The notes beneath the pieces were generated by a model. That model made no database searches. It worked only from the letters and a program-made list of their open reading frames with translations, and had not been told where the DNA came from. The translations under genes and the position numbers were made by a program. This document shows, piece by piece, positions 1 through 8,698 of a DNA stretch of 64,000 nucleotides; position 1 is the first letter of the stretch; each line of letters opens with the position of its first letter. This DNA comes from Obrimoposthia wandeli (taxonomy: Eukaryota). The DNA is taken from positions 310,001-374,000 of the forward strand of contig CDROCS010000361.1 in the NCBI GenBank assembly GCA_977020255.1, written 5' to 3'.

Positions 1-66
1 ACATGGCCGTTAAGCGGGTGCAAATATAATAGCATTTTTTGAAACAAAGAAATCTAAAACGTTTTT

Positions 67-297
67 TTACGAATTAATTTTTTCTTTGTAAAGATCTATG
101 ATAGGTTGTGCCTTTTCTAAATCGGTATTTAGAACAAATAATTCAACTGAATTTATAGGAACACCAAATCCTGCTAATCTACCAGATTCAACTCTGTCAA
201 ACACTTTAGAGTCAATTTTAGCTTCATTTAATAAGGTCTGTAATCTATTTACTAATATAGAATCATCAGTAAATATTTTGGTATAATCTTCTGACAT
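67..297 (-). CDS. DUF2007-like small protein (putative signal-transducing protein)
   Basis: 76 aa; L..LL.EAKIDSKVFD...G.LAGFG....VELFV...DLEKA..II pattern resembles the DUF2007 family. Confidence 0.65.
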   Translation of the reverse strand: MSEDYTKIFTDDSILVNRLQTLLNEAKIDSKVFDRVESGRLAGFGVPINSVELFVLNTDLEKAQPIIDLYKEKINS

Positions 298-308
298 AGT
301 TTTTGTTT

Positions 309-461
309 TTAGTTTAATGAATTTTTAGTTACAAAAGCTCTCCATCCAACAATAGCTAGTTGAAATTTGGATGCTTTAGATATATCCAACCCTTTCTTAG
401 TAAAGGAAGGTAAGATCAATTTGTTAATTTTTGCAAGAGTTTTAAAAGCTTGTTTTTTCAT
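309..461 (-). CDS. Small basic conserved hypothetical protein (50 aa)
   Basis: ATG at 461 gives MKKQAFKTLAKINKLILPSFTKKGLDISKASKFQLAIVGWRAFVTKNSLN; resembles a flavobacterial small-protein family, not SmpB. Confidence 0.6.
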   Translation of the reverse strand: MKKQAFKTLAKINKLILPSFTKKGLDISKASKFQLAIVGWRAFVTKNSLN

Positions 462-999
462 TGGTCGTAAATTAGTTTTCAAATTTACTAAAATAAACAA
501 CTCATTCATTATAGATTGAGTTGTTTAAAGATAAGCTACTTTTCTTTCTCTTTTTCTGTTGTGTCGTTATTTTTTAAAATAAAATTTGAAATATAAATTC
601 AGACAACATTTTAATAGATTCAATTAAGATAATAATCATAGTGGTTTGTGGGTATTTGGGTTAGTAATATGTGTTAGTTTTTCTAATGTCTTATCAATAT
701 ATAACCATCGGAATCTGTTTGCCAAATGAAATATTACTTATTATCTAAAATGATTTTATATTTATAACCAAAAAGATTAAATATGTTTTAAAGTGTAATT
801 CAATTTACTTCTAATTTGTTTATTTGTGTAATTATAATTTGTTTTTATTGTATAATACTGTTAGGTTTTAAAGGGTGTTTTTTTGAGTTTTTTAAAGTTT
901 AAAGAGAAATGCATTTTTTGTATTGCTTTTTTTTGCCTTTCTATTTTTTCATTTCCTCTTAAAGTGATAAAAATGTATATTCGTGCAAAATTAAAATTC

Positions 1000-1932
1000 A
1001 TGAATTTTTTATTAATAATTGGTGGTTTAGTATTGTTAATTTTAGGAGGGAACTGGTTATTAAAGTCGGCCGTTGCTTTGTCTTTAAAATTAGATATACC
1101 CAAAATAGTTATTGGTATGACTGTGGTTTCTTTTGCAACTTCAGCTCCTGAATTAATTGTGAGTATAAATGCTGCTTTAAGTGGCGCTTCAGATTTAGCT
1201 TTAGGAAATGTAATTGGTTCTAATATTGCTAATTTAGGTTTGGTTTTAGGAATTACTTTATTATTTGGAACAATGCATGTTCAAAAAAGTTTTTATAAAA
1301 CGGATTGGCCTGTTATGATGATTGCGTCAGTCTTATTGTACTTTTTTCTAAGTGGTGATAAAGTGATTACTCAAAATGAAGGGATTATTTTATTCTCTTT
1401 TTTAGTTATCTTCTTAGTGTATCTTTTGCGTTTTCAAAAAACTGCAGTTGTTGATGAATTGCCAGAAGATGATGAACCTTTAGCTGTTTATAAAATTGTT
1501 TTATTTTTTGTTTTAGGAGGTCTTGGACTTTGGGGAGGATCAGAACTATTGATAAAGGGTGCTACTGCTATGGCTTTAGAATTTGGAGTGAGTGAGCGTG
1601 TTATTGGTGTTACTGTTGTTTCTATAGGAACAAGTGTTCCTGAGCTTGCAGCGTCGATTATAGCGGTTTTAAAGAAGGAAAAAGCAATTTCTTTAGGTAA
1701 CCTTATCGGTTCTAATGTATTTAATATTTTAGCGGTTTTAGGAATTACTTCAATGATAACTCCTGTTGCAGTAACAGATTTAGGTTTGCTAACTAGTGAT
1801 ATTTTCTGGATGTTAGGGATTTCTTTTATAGTATTGCCGTTAGTCTTTATTCCTAAAGGATATCGTTTAGATTGGAAAGATGGTATTCTTTTATTAGTAG
1901 CTTATGGAACCTTTATTTATTTCACAATTTAG
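1000..1932 (+). CDS. Ca2+/Na+ antiporter (CaCA/YrbG family)
   Basis: Two alpha repeats (SFATSAPEL...GNVIGSNIAN; SIGTSVPEL...GNLIGSNVFN); start moved to ATG 1000 (MNFLLIIGG). Confidence 0.9.
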   Translation: MNFLLIIGGLVLLILGGNWLLKSAVALSLKLDIPKIVIGMTVVSFATSAPELIVSINAALSGASDLALGNVIGSNIANLGLVLGITLLFGTMHVQKSFYKTDWPVMMIASVLLYFFLSGDKVITQNEGIILFSFLVIFLVYLLRFQKTAVVDELPEDDEPLAVYKIVLFFVLGGLGLWGGSELLIKGATAMALEFGVSERVIGVTVVSIGTSVPELAASIIAVLKKEKAISLGNLIGSNVFNILAVLGITSMITPVAVTDLGLLTSDIFWMLGISFIVLPLVFIPKGYRLDWKDGILLLVAYGTFIYFTI

Positions 1933-2163
1933 ACGATAATAATTAGTATTCTTAAAAAGTGTTATTGCTGTTTGTGATGTCTTGGTATTATGTGTTCAAT
2001 ATTTTTAATTAGAGAACAACATCATAAGAGTAAAATATAGATTAAATAAAAGTATTTCTATTTTTAAAAAAGTCACTGTGAGATGAATTCTCAATTTATT
2101 GAACAAGAAACCATTTCAGAATTACTTTAAATAGAAACTTATTTATTAAAAATAATCACATAA

Positions 2164-2195
2164 AAAAAACGCTAACAAATTAATGTTAGCGTTTT
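2164..2195 (-). terminator. Rho-independent terminator of glnII
   Basis: aaaaacgctaaca-N-tgttagcgttttt hairpin just after the stop at 2216. Confidence 0.7.
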
Positions 2196-2215
2196 TGTAT
2201 TATAAAGATGTAAGA

Positions 2216-3232
2216 TTATTTAACTGGTTTTACAGTTTTAATAATTCTTGCAGCAACTTTATATGGATCTGCATTTGAAGAAGGTCTTCTATCTTCTAAC
2301 CATCCTTTGTATCCTTTTTCTACAGCGATAATTGGAATACGGATTGATGCTCCTCTATCAGAAATTCCCCAAGAGAAATCATGTATAGATGCAGTTTCGT
2401 GATCACCAGTTAAACGTTGCTCATTATGTGCTCCATAAACTTCGATGTGCTCTTTTACTAATGGACGGAAAGCTTCACAAATTTCAATATATTTATCTTT
2501 AGAACCACAAGTTCTTAAAATTGTATTTGAAAAGTTAGCATGCATTCCAGATCCATTCCAATCAGTATCTCCTAATGGTTTTGGGTGGTACTCAATGTAC
2601 ATTCCTTTACCTTCAGTTAAACGATCTAATAAATATCTAGATACCCAAATTTCATCTCCTGCTTTTTTAGCTCCTTTTGCAAATAACTGGTATTCCCATT
2701 GTCCAGATGCAACCTCTTGGTTAATTCCTTCAAAGTTTAAACCAGCGTCAATACATAAATCAGCATGCTCTTCAACTAAATCACGTCCATGAGTATGTCT
2801 ACCACCAACTGAACAGTAGTACATTCCTTGTGGAGCTGGAAAACCACCTCTTGGGAATCCTAAAGGTAATTCAGTATCAGTATTCATAATAAAGTATTCT
2901 TGCTCGAATCCGAACCAGAAATCATTATCATCATCTTCAATAGTTGCACGTGCGTTAGAAGCATGTGGAGTTCCATCAGCATTCATTACTTCAGTCATAA
3001 CTAAATAACCGTTGATTCTCTTAGGATCTGGATATATAGCAACTGGTTTTAAAATACAATCAGATGACCCACCTGAAGCTTGTTGTGTAGATGAACCGTC
3101 AAAAGACCAAAGTCCTAATTCTTCAACTGTTCCTTGAAAATTTTCGTGCTCTTCTACTTTAGTTTTACTTCTTAAGTTTTGAGTTGGTGTGTAACCATCT
3201 AACCAAAGATATTCTAATTTAATTTTTGCCAT
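2216..3232 (-). CDS. glnII: Glutamine synthetase type II (eukaryote-like)
   Basis: LEYLWLDG, WSFDGSST, GINQEVASGQWEYQ, DWNGSGMHANFS, NRGAS-like DRGASIRIP, EDRRPSSNADPY; start MAKIKLEY at 3232. Confidence 0.92.
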   Translation of the reverse strand: MAKIKLEYLWLDGYTPTQNLRSKTKVEEHENFQGTVEELGLWSFDGSSTQQASGGSSDCILKPVAIYPDPKRINGYLVMTEVMNADGTPHASNARATIEDDDNDFWFGFEQEYFIMNTDTELPLGFPRGGFPAPQGMYYCSVGGRHTHGRDLVEEHADLCIDAGLNFEGINQEVASGQWEYQLFAKGAKKAGDEIWVSRYLLDRLTEGKGMYIEYHPKPLGDTDWNGSGMHANFSNTILRTCGSKDKYIEICEAFRPLVKEHIEVYGAHNEQRLTGDHETASIHDFSWGISDRGASIRIPIIAVEKGYKGWLEDRRPSSNADPYKVAARIIKTVKPVK

Positions 3233-3400
3233 GATATATAATTGTTTATGTGATGTTTCTGTTACAAAAATCAAATATTTTCACTACATATCAAAAAAAA
3301 GAGGGGTAAAATATTGAAAATGAGTAAAAAATAATTTTATCCCTAATTTTGAAAGGGTATCTTTGCTTTAAGTTAAAAATAAGTAGAAAATATTAGTAAT

Positions 3401-5584
3401 ATGTCAAGGATTAGATTCAACGCTTTACAAGAAACATTGCATAGAAACCCTATTAAGGTAGTTCAGAACGAAAAAAGATCAACGCTTTTTGGTCAAAACG
3501 TCTTTAATAAACATGCTATGCAACAGTATCTTACACGTGCTGCTTACGAAAGTGTAATGAATGCAATTGAGCATGGAACTAAAATTGACAGAAAAATTGC
3601 AGATCAAGTTGCAGTAAGTATGAAAGACTGGGCAATGTCTAAAGGGGCAACCCACTATACACATTGGTTTCAGCCACTTACAGGTGCAACTGCAGAAAAA
3701 CATGATGCTTTTTTCGAATCGATCAATGGTAGTTTGGCCATGGAAAAATTTGATGGAGAACAATTGGTTCAGCAAGAACCAGATGCTTCAAGTTTTCCTC
3801 ATGGAGGAATTAGAAATATGTTTGAAGCAAGAGGATATACAGCTTGGGATCCTACTTCACCAGCATTTATTTATGAAACAACTTTATGTATTCCTACCAT
3901 TTTTGTTGCCTATACAGGAGAGGCTTTAGATAATAAAACACCTTTATTAAGAGCTCTACAAGCAGTTGATACACATGCTACTGCGGTTTGTAAATATTTT
4001 GATAAAAATGCAAATAAGGTAAGTGCTACTTTAGGTTGGGAGCAAGAATATTTTCTAATAGATGATGCTTTGGCACTTTCTAGACCGGATATACAACTAA
4101 CTGGTAGAACCTTATTAGGGCATACACCTGCAAAAGGGCAGCAATTAGATGATCATTATTTTGGAACTATTCCTGCAAGAGCAATGAGTTTTATGCAAGA
4201 TTTAGAACAAGAATGTATGTTATTGGGTATTCCTGTAAAAACAAGACATAATGAAGTTGCTCCGAATCAGTTTGAAGTAGCTCCAATTTTTGAAGAAGCA
4301 AATTTAGCGGTAGATCATAATTCATTATTGATGGATGTGATGCAGAAAGTTTCTCGAAGACATAAATTTAAAGTATTATTTCACGAAAAACCATTTGCAG
4401 GTATCAATGGTTCTGGTAAACATAACAACTGGTCATTGTCTTTAGATGATAGAACCAATTTGTTGAGTCCTGGTAAAACACCAATGAAGAACTTGCAATT
4501 TCTTACCTTTTTTATAAATACTATAAAAGCGGTTTACACGTATGAAGAATTGTTAAGAGCTTCTATTGCATCTGCAAGTAATGAATATCGATTAGGAGCA
4601 AATGAAGCGCCGCCAGCAATCATTTCTGTGTTTATTGGTACACAGTTATCTGCCGTTTTAGATGAATTAGAAAATGTAACCAAAGGAAAACTTTCTCCAC
4701 AAGAAAAAACAGATTTAAAACTGAATATTATTGGTAAAATTCCTGAAATTTTATTAGATAATACAGATCGAAATAGAACATCACCTTTTGCATTTACAGG
4801 AAACAAATTCGAATTTAGAGCCGTTGGTTCTTGGGCAAATTGTGCAATACCAATGACTGTTTTAAATACAATTGTAGCGAAACAATTAAAAGAATTTAAA
4901 ATAGAAGTAGATGCTTTAATTGATGAGAAAAGTCTAAAAAAAGACGAAGCCGTTTTTAATATTCTTAGAGAGTATATTAAGGACTCTAAGGCAATTCGTT
5001 TTGAAGGGGATAGTTATGGGGAAGCTTGGGAGAAGGAAGCTAAAAAACGAGGTCTAAGCAATAACAAAACGACTCCTGAAGCTTTAAAAGTAAAAATTTC
5101 TGATAAAGCAGTTTCTCTATTTGAAGAAATGGAGGTAATGAGTAAGGTAGAATTAGAAGCTCGATATGAAATTGATTTAGAATCATATACTAAAAAAGTA
5201 CAAATAGAAGGGCGTGTTTTAGGTGATATTGCAAGAAATCAGGTTGTACCTACAGCAATTATTTATCAAAATACTTTATTAGAAAATACTAAAAACCTAA
5301 AAGAAATTTTTGGTGATGAATATAAAAATATAGCTAAAGAACAAATAGAGCTAATTATGATTATCTCTAATCATATTACTCAGATTAACGCTTTGGTTAT
5401 TAAAATGGAAGAAGAAAAGATAAAAGCTAATAAACATGTTGGGTTAAAATTAGCACAACATTATAGTACTAAAGTAAAACCGTACTTTGTAGATATAAGA
5501 TACCATTGTGATCAATTAGAAACGATGGTTGATGATAATTTATGGCCACTCACAAAATATAGAGAATTATTGTTTACTAGATAG
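3401..5584 (+). CDS. glnN: Glutamine synthetase type III
   Basis: 727 aa; HYTHWFQPLTG, EPDASSFP, ARGYTAWDPTSP, HNEVAPNQFE, HEKPFAGINGSGKHNNWS, NRTSPFAFTGNKFEFRAVGS. Confidence 0.95.
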   Translation: MSRIRFNALQETLHRNPIKVVQNEKRSTLFGQNVFNKHAMQQYLTRAAYESVMNAIEHGTKIDRKIADQVAVSMKDWAMSKGATHYTHWFQPLTGATAEKHDAFFESINGSLAMEKFDGEQLVQQEPDASSFPHGGIRNMFEARGYTAWDPTSPAFIYETTLCIPTIFVAYTGEALDNKTPLLRALQAVDTHATAVCKYFDKNANKVSATLGWEQEYFLIDDALALSRPDIQLTGRTLLGHTPAKGQQLDDHYFGTIPARAMSFMQDLEQECMLLGIPVKTRHNEVAPNQFEVAPIFEEANLAVDHNSLLMDVMQKVSRRHKFKVLFHEKPFAGINGSGKHNNWSLSLDDRTNLLSPGKTPMKNLQFLTFFINTIKAVYTYEELLRASIASASNEYRLGANEAPPAIISVFIGTQLSAVLDELENVTKGKLSPQEKTDLKLNIIGKIPEILLDNTDRNRTSPFAFTGNKFEFRAVGSWANCAIPMTVLNTIVAKQLKEFKIEVDALIDEKSLKKDEAVFNILREYIKDSKAIRFEGDSYGEAWEKEAKKRGLSNNKTTPEALKVKISDKAVSLFEEMEVMSKVELEARYEIDLESYTKKVQIEGRVLGDIARNQVVPTAIIYQNTLLENTKNLKEIFGDEYKNIAKEQIELIMIISNHITQINALVIKMEEEKIKANKHVGLKLAQHYSTKVKPYFVDIRYHCDQLETMVDDNLWPLTKYRELLFTR

Positions 5585-5747
5585 TAAATGGTGCATTCTT
5601 TGTTATCATATATAATATAAGGATAACTTTTTTTTTATACTTATTACACCTGTTTTATATGTTTTTTCTGCCTGTTTTTCTCTAATATGCTTATTCATAG
5701 GGTTTCACATATATTTTTATATGCAGTAAAAAAATAGTGGTTTTTTC

Positions 5748-5778
5748 TTGTGATTTAACATCTAAATTCTTATATTTG
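5748..5778 (+). promoter_or_regulatory. Housekeeping-sigma promoter upstream of the curli operon
   Basis: TTG (5748-50), 20 nt spacer, TATATTTG (5771-78) matches the Bacteroidota -33/-7 consensus; implies a ~225 nt 5' UTR. Confidence 0.65.
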
Positions 5779-6008
5779 AGATACGTTTAAACGCGATCGA
5801 TCGAATAGTATCGTTACTTACAATTCATAGCTTTATGAATTGATTGAAAATGTAAAATTAGTTATTCTTATAACTTCTATTTACTTCCAAAATTTTAAAT
5901 ACCCCTAAAAATTTATATCTGCATTTCAGATTCAATATTTATGTTGAATTTCAATTTGTATTGGATTTGTTGTGTTAAATTTTAACAAACGTATTTAAAA
6001 ATTATATC

Positions 6009-7022
6009 ATGAAAAAATTAATAATAATGGCTATGTGTATAGCCACAGGAGTGTCTTTTTCACAAGAAATAGAGGTTAATACTTTAGCAAGACCAGATGG
6101 TCAAACAACAATGATTCATCAATCTACTGGAACACCAGTTCAGGTAGTAAATTGGGTTACTTCTGCAACACCAGACAAAGCTACTTGTGTAGTAGATCAA
6201 ATAACTATTCCAGAAGGTTTCATAAAAGAAAGTAGAAACAAAGTTGCTGTTAGACAATTAGGTGACAGTAATGAAGCAACCGGAATTCAAGAAGGTATGG
6301 GTAATATGTCTTTAATAAGACAAGATAATACTGTTTTTGTACCGGGTCAAGCAGGTAATTTAGCATCTACTGATCAAGCGGGATATCGTAATGGAGCAGA
6401 TATCAAACAATTTGGAGATGGTAATGAGGGTAGAATCTTTCAAGTCGGAGACGATAACTATGCAATTCAAGATGTAGGAGATGATACAGCTATGAATTCT
6501 GAAGGTAATTTTGCTTATGCAAACCAAAGAGGAGATGGAAATAAAACTTCTCAAAAACAACGTTATGATAATAATTCTGCAACAGCGTTGACTTGGGGTG
6601 ATAGAAATACTATCGTTCAAGATCAGACTAGTGGACCAAATCATTCTACTGGAAGTGTTGCTTTTGCTGATCAATTTGGAGATGACAACTCTGCTCAACA
6701 AGTACAAGTAGGTTCTAATAACTCTGCATCACTTTATCAAACAGGAGATAACAATATATCTGTAGAAACTCAAACTATGGTTGGTGATTTTGAAGAATTT
6801 ACAAATATGTCTACAGTTAATCAGGTAGGTGATAGCAATACATCATGTGTAACTCAATATGCTAATGTGTCTAGAAACAGTAGTTGTGTAAACCAAATGG
6901 GTGATAATAACTCAAGTTTAGTTAATCAAACAGCTGCTGAAGGATTCAAAAATGCTTCATGTATACAACAAACAGGTAATTTGAATACTGCTCAAGTAAG
7001 TCAAACAAATGTTATTGAATAA
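6009..7022 (+). CDS. csgA: Curlin-repeat amyloid protein, probable major subunit (CsgA-like)
   Basis: Signal peptide; ~20 half-repeats of N-x-A/S-x-x-x-Q-x-G-D-x-N; first gene of a csgE/F/G cluster. Confidence 0.85.
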   Translation: MKKLIIMAMCIATGVSFSQEIEVNTLARPDGQTTMIHQSTGTPVQVVNWVTSATPDKATCVVDQITIPEGFIKESRNKVAVRQLGDSNEATGIQEGMGNMSLIRQDNTVFVPGQAGNLASTDQAGYRNGADIKQFGDGNEGRIFQVGDDNYAIQDVGDDTAMNSEGNFAYANQRGDGNKTSQKQRYDNNSATALTWGDRNTIVQDQTSGPNHSTGSVAFADQFGDDNSAQQVQVGSNNSASLYQTGDNNISVETQTMVGDFEEFTNMSTVNQVGDSNTSCVTQYANVSRNSSCVNQMGDNNSSLVNQTAAEGFKNASCIQQTGNLNTAQVSQTNVIE

Positions 7023-7034
7023 CTAATATTTTTA

Positions 7035-7069
7035 AATGGAGTGAGAATACTATTCTCACTCCATTTTTT
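7035..7069 (+). terminator. Intra-operon terminator after csgA
   Basis: aaatggagtgagaata-c-tattctcactccatttttt near-perfect hairpin plus T-run. Confidence 0.75.
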
Positions 7070-7090
7070 TTAATTTTAAAACCAAGAAAG

Positions 7091-7525
7091 ATGAACTCAA
7101 TAAAAAAAATATCAATTGGTCTTATTTTCTTGTTTTCTTTTTTAATGAATGCTCAAACTGAAAAAGCATCTAGTTATTTTTCAGATCAATTAAAATACAA
7201 TACGCAACAATTGCAAGGTATTACTACCGGTGATTTGCAAACTGAATCACAACAAATAATTAGTACAATTTCATTAAAACAAATAGGGAACGAAAATTTT
7301 GTAAATATAGATGATAGAAATGCCAGTGGAAAACAGATTGTATGTCAAATAGGAGATAGTAATAATTATCAATTTTTAAATTATAGTAACAATCAATCAG
7401 TCAACTTGGGAGTATTACAAACAGGCGATGGCAACTTATTGAAAATAACAGGTACAAATACGATGTCTCAAAGTATTATAATATCTCAGTTTGGGGGAGC
7501 AAAAATGAGTATCACTAACTATTAG
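7091..7525 (+). CDS. csgB: Minor curlin/nucleator (CsgB-like)
   Basis: Signal peptide; repeats LKQIGNENFVNI, VCQIGDSNNY, VLQTGDGNLLKI, ISQFG. Confidence 0.7.
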   Translation: MNSIKKISIGLIFLFSFLMNAQTEKASSYFSDQLKYNTQQLQGITTGDLQTESQQIISTISLKQIGNENFVNIDDRNASGKQIVCQIGDSNNYQFLNYSNNQSVNLGVLQTGDGNLLKITGTNTMSQSIIISQFGGAKMSITNY

Positions 7526-7538
7526 TAATTAGGGTTTT

Positions 7539-8264
7539 ATGAAAAATAAAATTATAATTTTATTTATTTTAAATATTTTTTTTACATCCTTTTATTATGC
7601 TCAAGAGTTTGGTGTCTATAATGTTAAAGGGAAGATTAATTTAACTCAAATTGATGATTTTTTAACTTTAAGAGCTCAGGTTCTAAACGAAGAATTATTC
7701 TTTATAAACGATCTTAGTTACCTTTTTGTAGTACTTAAAAAAGGGGGGGCTGGGAATTTATCAAAAAATAATCAATCTAATGAATTTTCATTGAAGCCAA
7801 ATGAAGAGAAACAGTTGTCTACAATTAAAATCAATTTAAAAAAAGAGGAAGAATTAAGAGTATACTTATTTATAAAATACAAAGGTAAATTAATACATAG
7901 AGATACCTTATTTCTCTTGTCAAATGGAAAAGTTCCGGTGAAGAAAGCGGTAAATGAAGAACAGTATCTAATTAGAGGTATCGTTATAGATGAAGCAATA
8001 ACGAAGATAGGTAAAGATTATCATGATTTTTTTTACAAAGAATATTTAGTTACAGGAAAAAATTATCCTTTTATCATAAAGATCGTTGAAAAACCAGCAA
8101 TGGGAAGGAGTAGTATTATATCAATAGAAGTTGATAGAAAAAAAATTCATGAGTTCTTTGCGAGGCCAGAAGAAGATTATTTAAAAACGAATGTTGTATT
8201 AGCTATGAGAAAATTAAGAGCATATGACCAACAAAGGAAAACTACTTTTCAAAATAAATTTTAG
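7539..8264 (+). CDS. csgE: Curli assembly protein: CsgH-like N-terminal domain plus CsgE domain
   Basis: C-terminal GIVIDEAITKIGKDYHDFFY...IKIVEKP...IEVD is CsgE-like; N-terminal Y.F.V.KKGGAGNLSKNNQSNEFSL resembles CsgH. Confidence 0.7.
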   Translation: MKNKIIILFILNIFFTSFYYAQEFGVYNVKGKINLTQIDDFLTLRAQVLNEELFFINDLSYLFVVLKKGGAGNLSKNNQSNEFSLKPNEEKQLSTIKINLKKEEELRVYLFIKYKGKLIHRDTLFLLSNGKVPVKKAVNEEQYLIRGIVIDEAITKIGKDYHDFFYKEYLVTGKNYPFIIKIVEKPAMGRSSIISIEVDRKKIHEFFARPEEDYLKTNVVLAMRKLRAYDQQRKTTFQNKF

Positions 8265-8286
8265 AAATCAGAAAAAGCTATTCGTT

Positions 8287-8691
8287 ATGAAACAAAAGAT
8301 ACTATTTATTTTCATTTTTATTTCCAGTTTTGTGTATTCACAAGATTTGGTATATACACCAATAAGTCCATTTTTTGGAGGTAGTACTTTTAATTACCAG
8401 CAAATTTTGGCATCTGCTAATGCTCAGAATAGTTTTACAGAAGCTGAAGCAGAAAGCACTAGTACAACTGCTTTAGAAAACTTTACGAGTGGTTTAAATA
8501 ATAGATTACTAAGTTCATTGTCTTCAAGTTTATTTCAACAACAGTTAGGAAATACAACTTTTACAGTGGGTACCTATACTTTTGGAGATTTGGTGGTTGA
8601 GATTACTCCAGGAACAAGTGGGTTAAACGTTAATATTCTTAATATTACAACAGGTGAGCAAACGCTAATAACAATTCCAGACGCAAACTAA
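8287..8691 (+). CDS. csgF: Curli assembly protein CsgF
   Basis: QDLVYTPISPFFGGSTFNYQQILASANAQN N-terminus; start moved to ATG 8287. Confidence 0.88.
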   Translation: MKQKILFIFIFISSFVYSQDLVYTPISPFFGGSTFNYQQILASANAQNSFTEAEAESTSTTALENFTSGLNNRLLSSLSSSLFQQQLGNTTFTVGTYTFGDLVVEITPGTSGLNVNILNITTGEQTLITIPDAN

Positions 8692-8698
8692 AATTTCT

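Noticed and set aside
883-999. N-terminal extensions in the ORF track (antiporter, glnII, csgF, nrdJ, arsR, arsP, rpmI)
   Set aside because: The extensions are low-complexity or overlap predicted -7 promoter boxes; downstream ATGs match family N-termini
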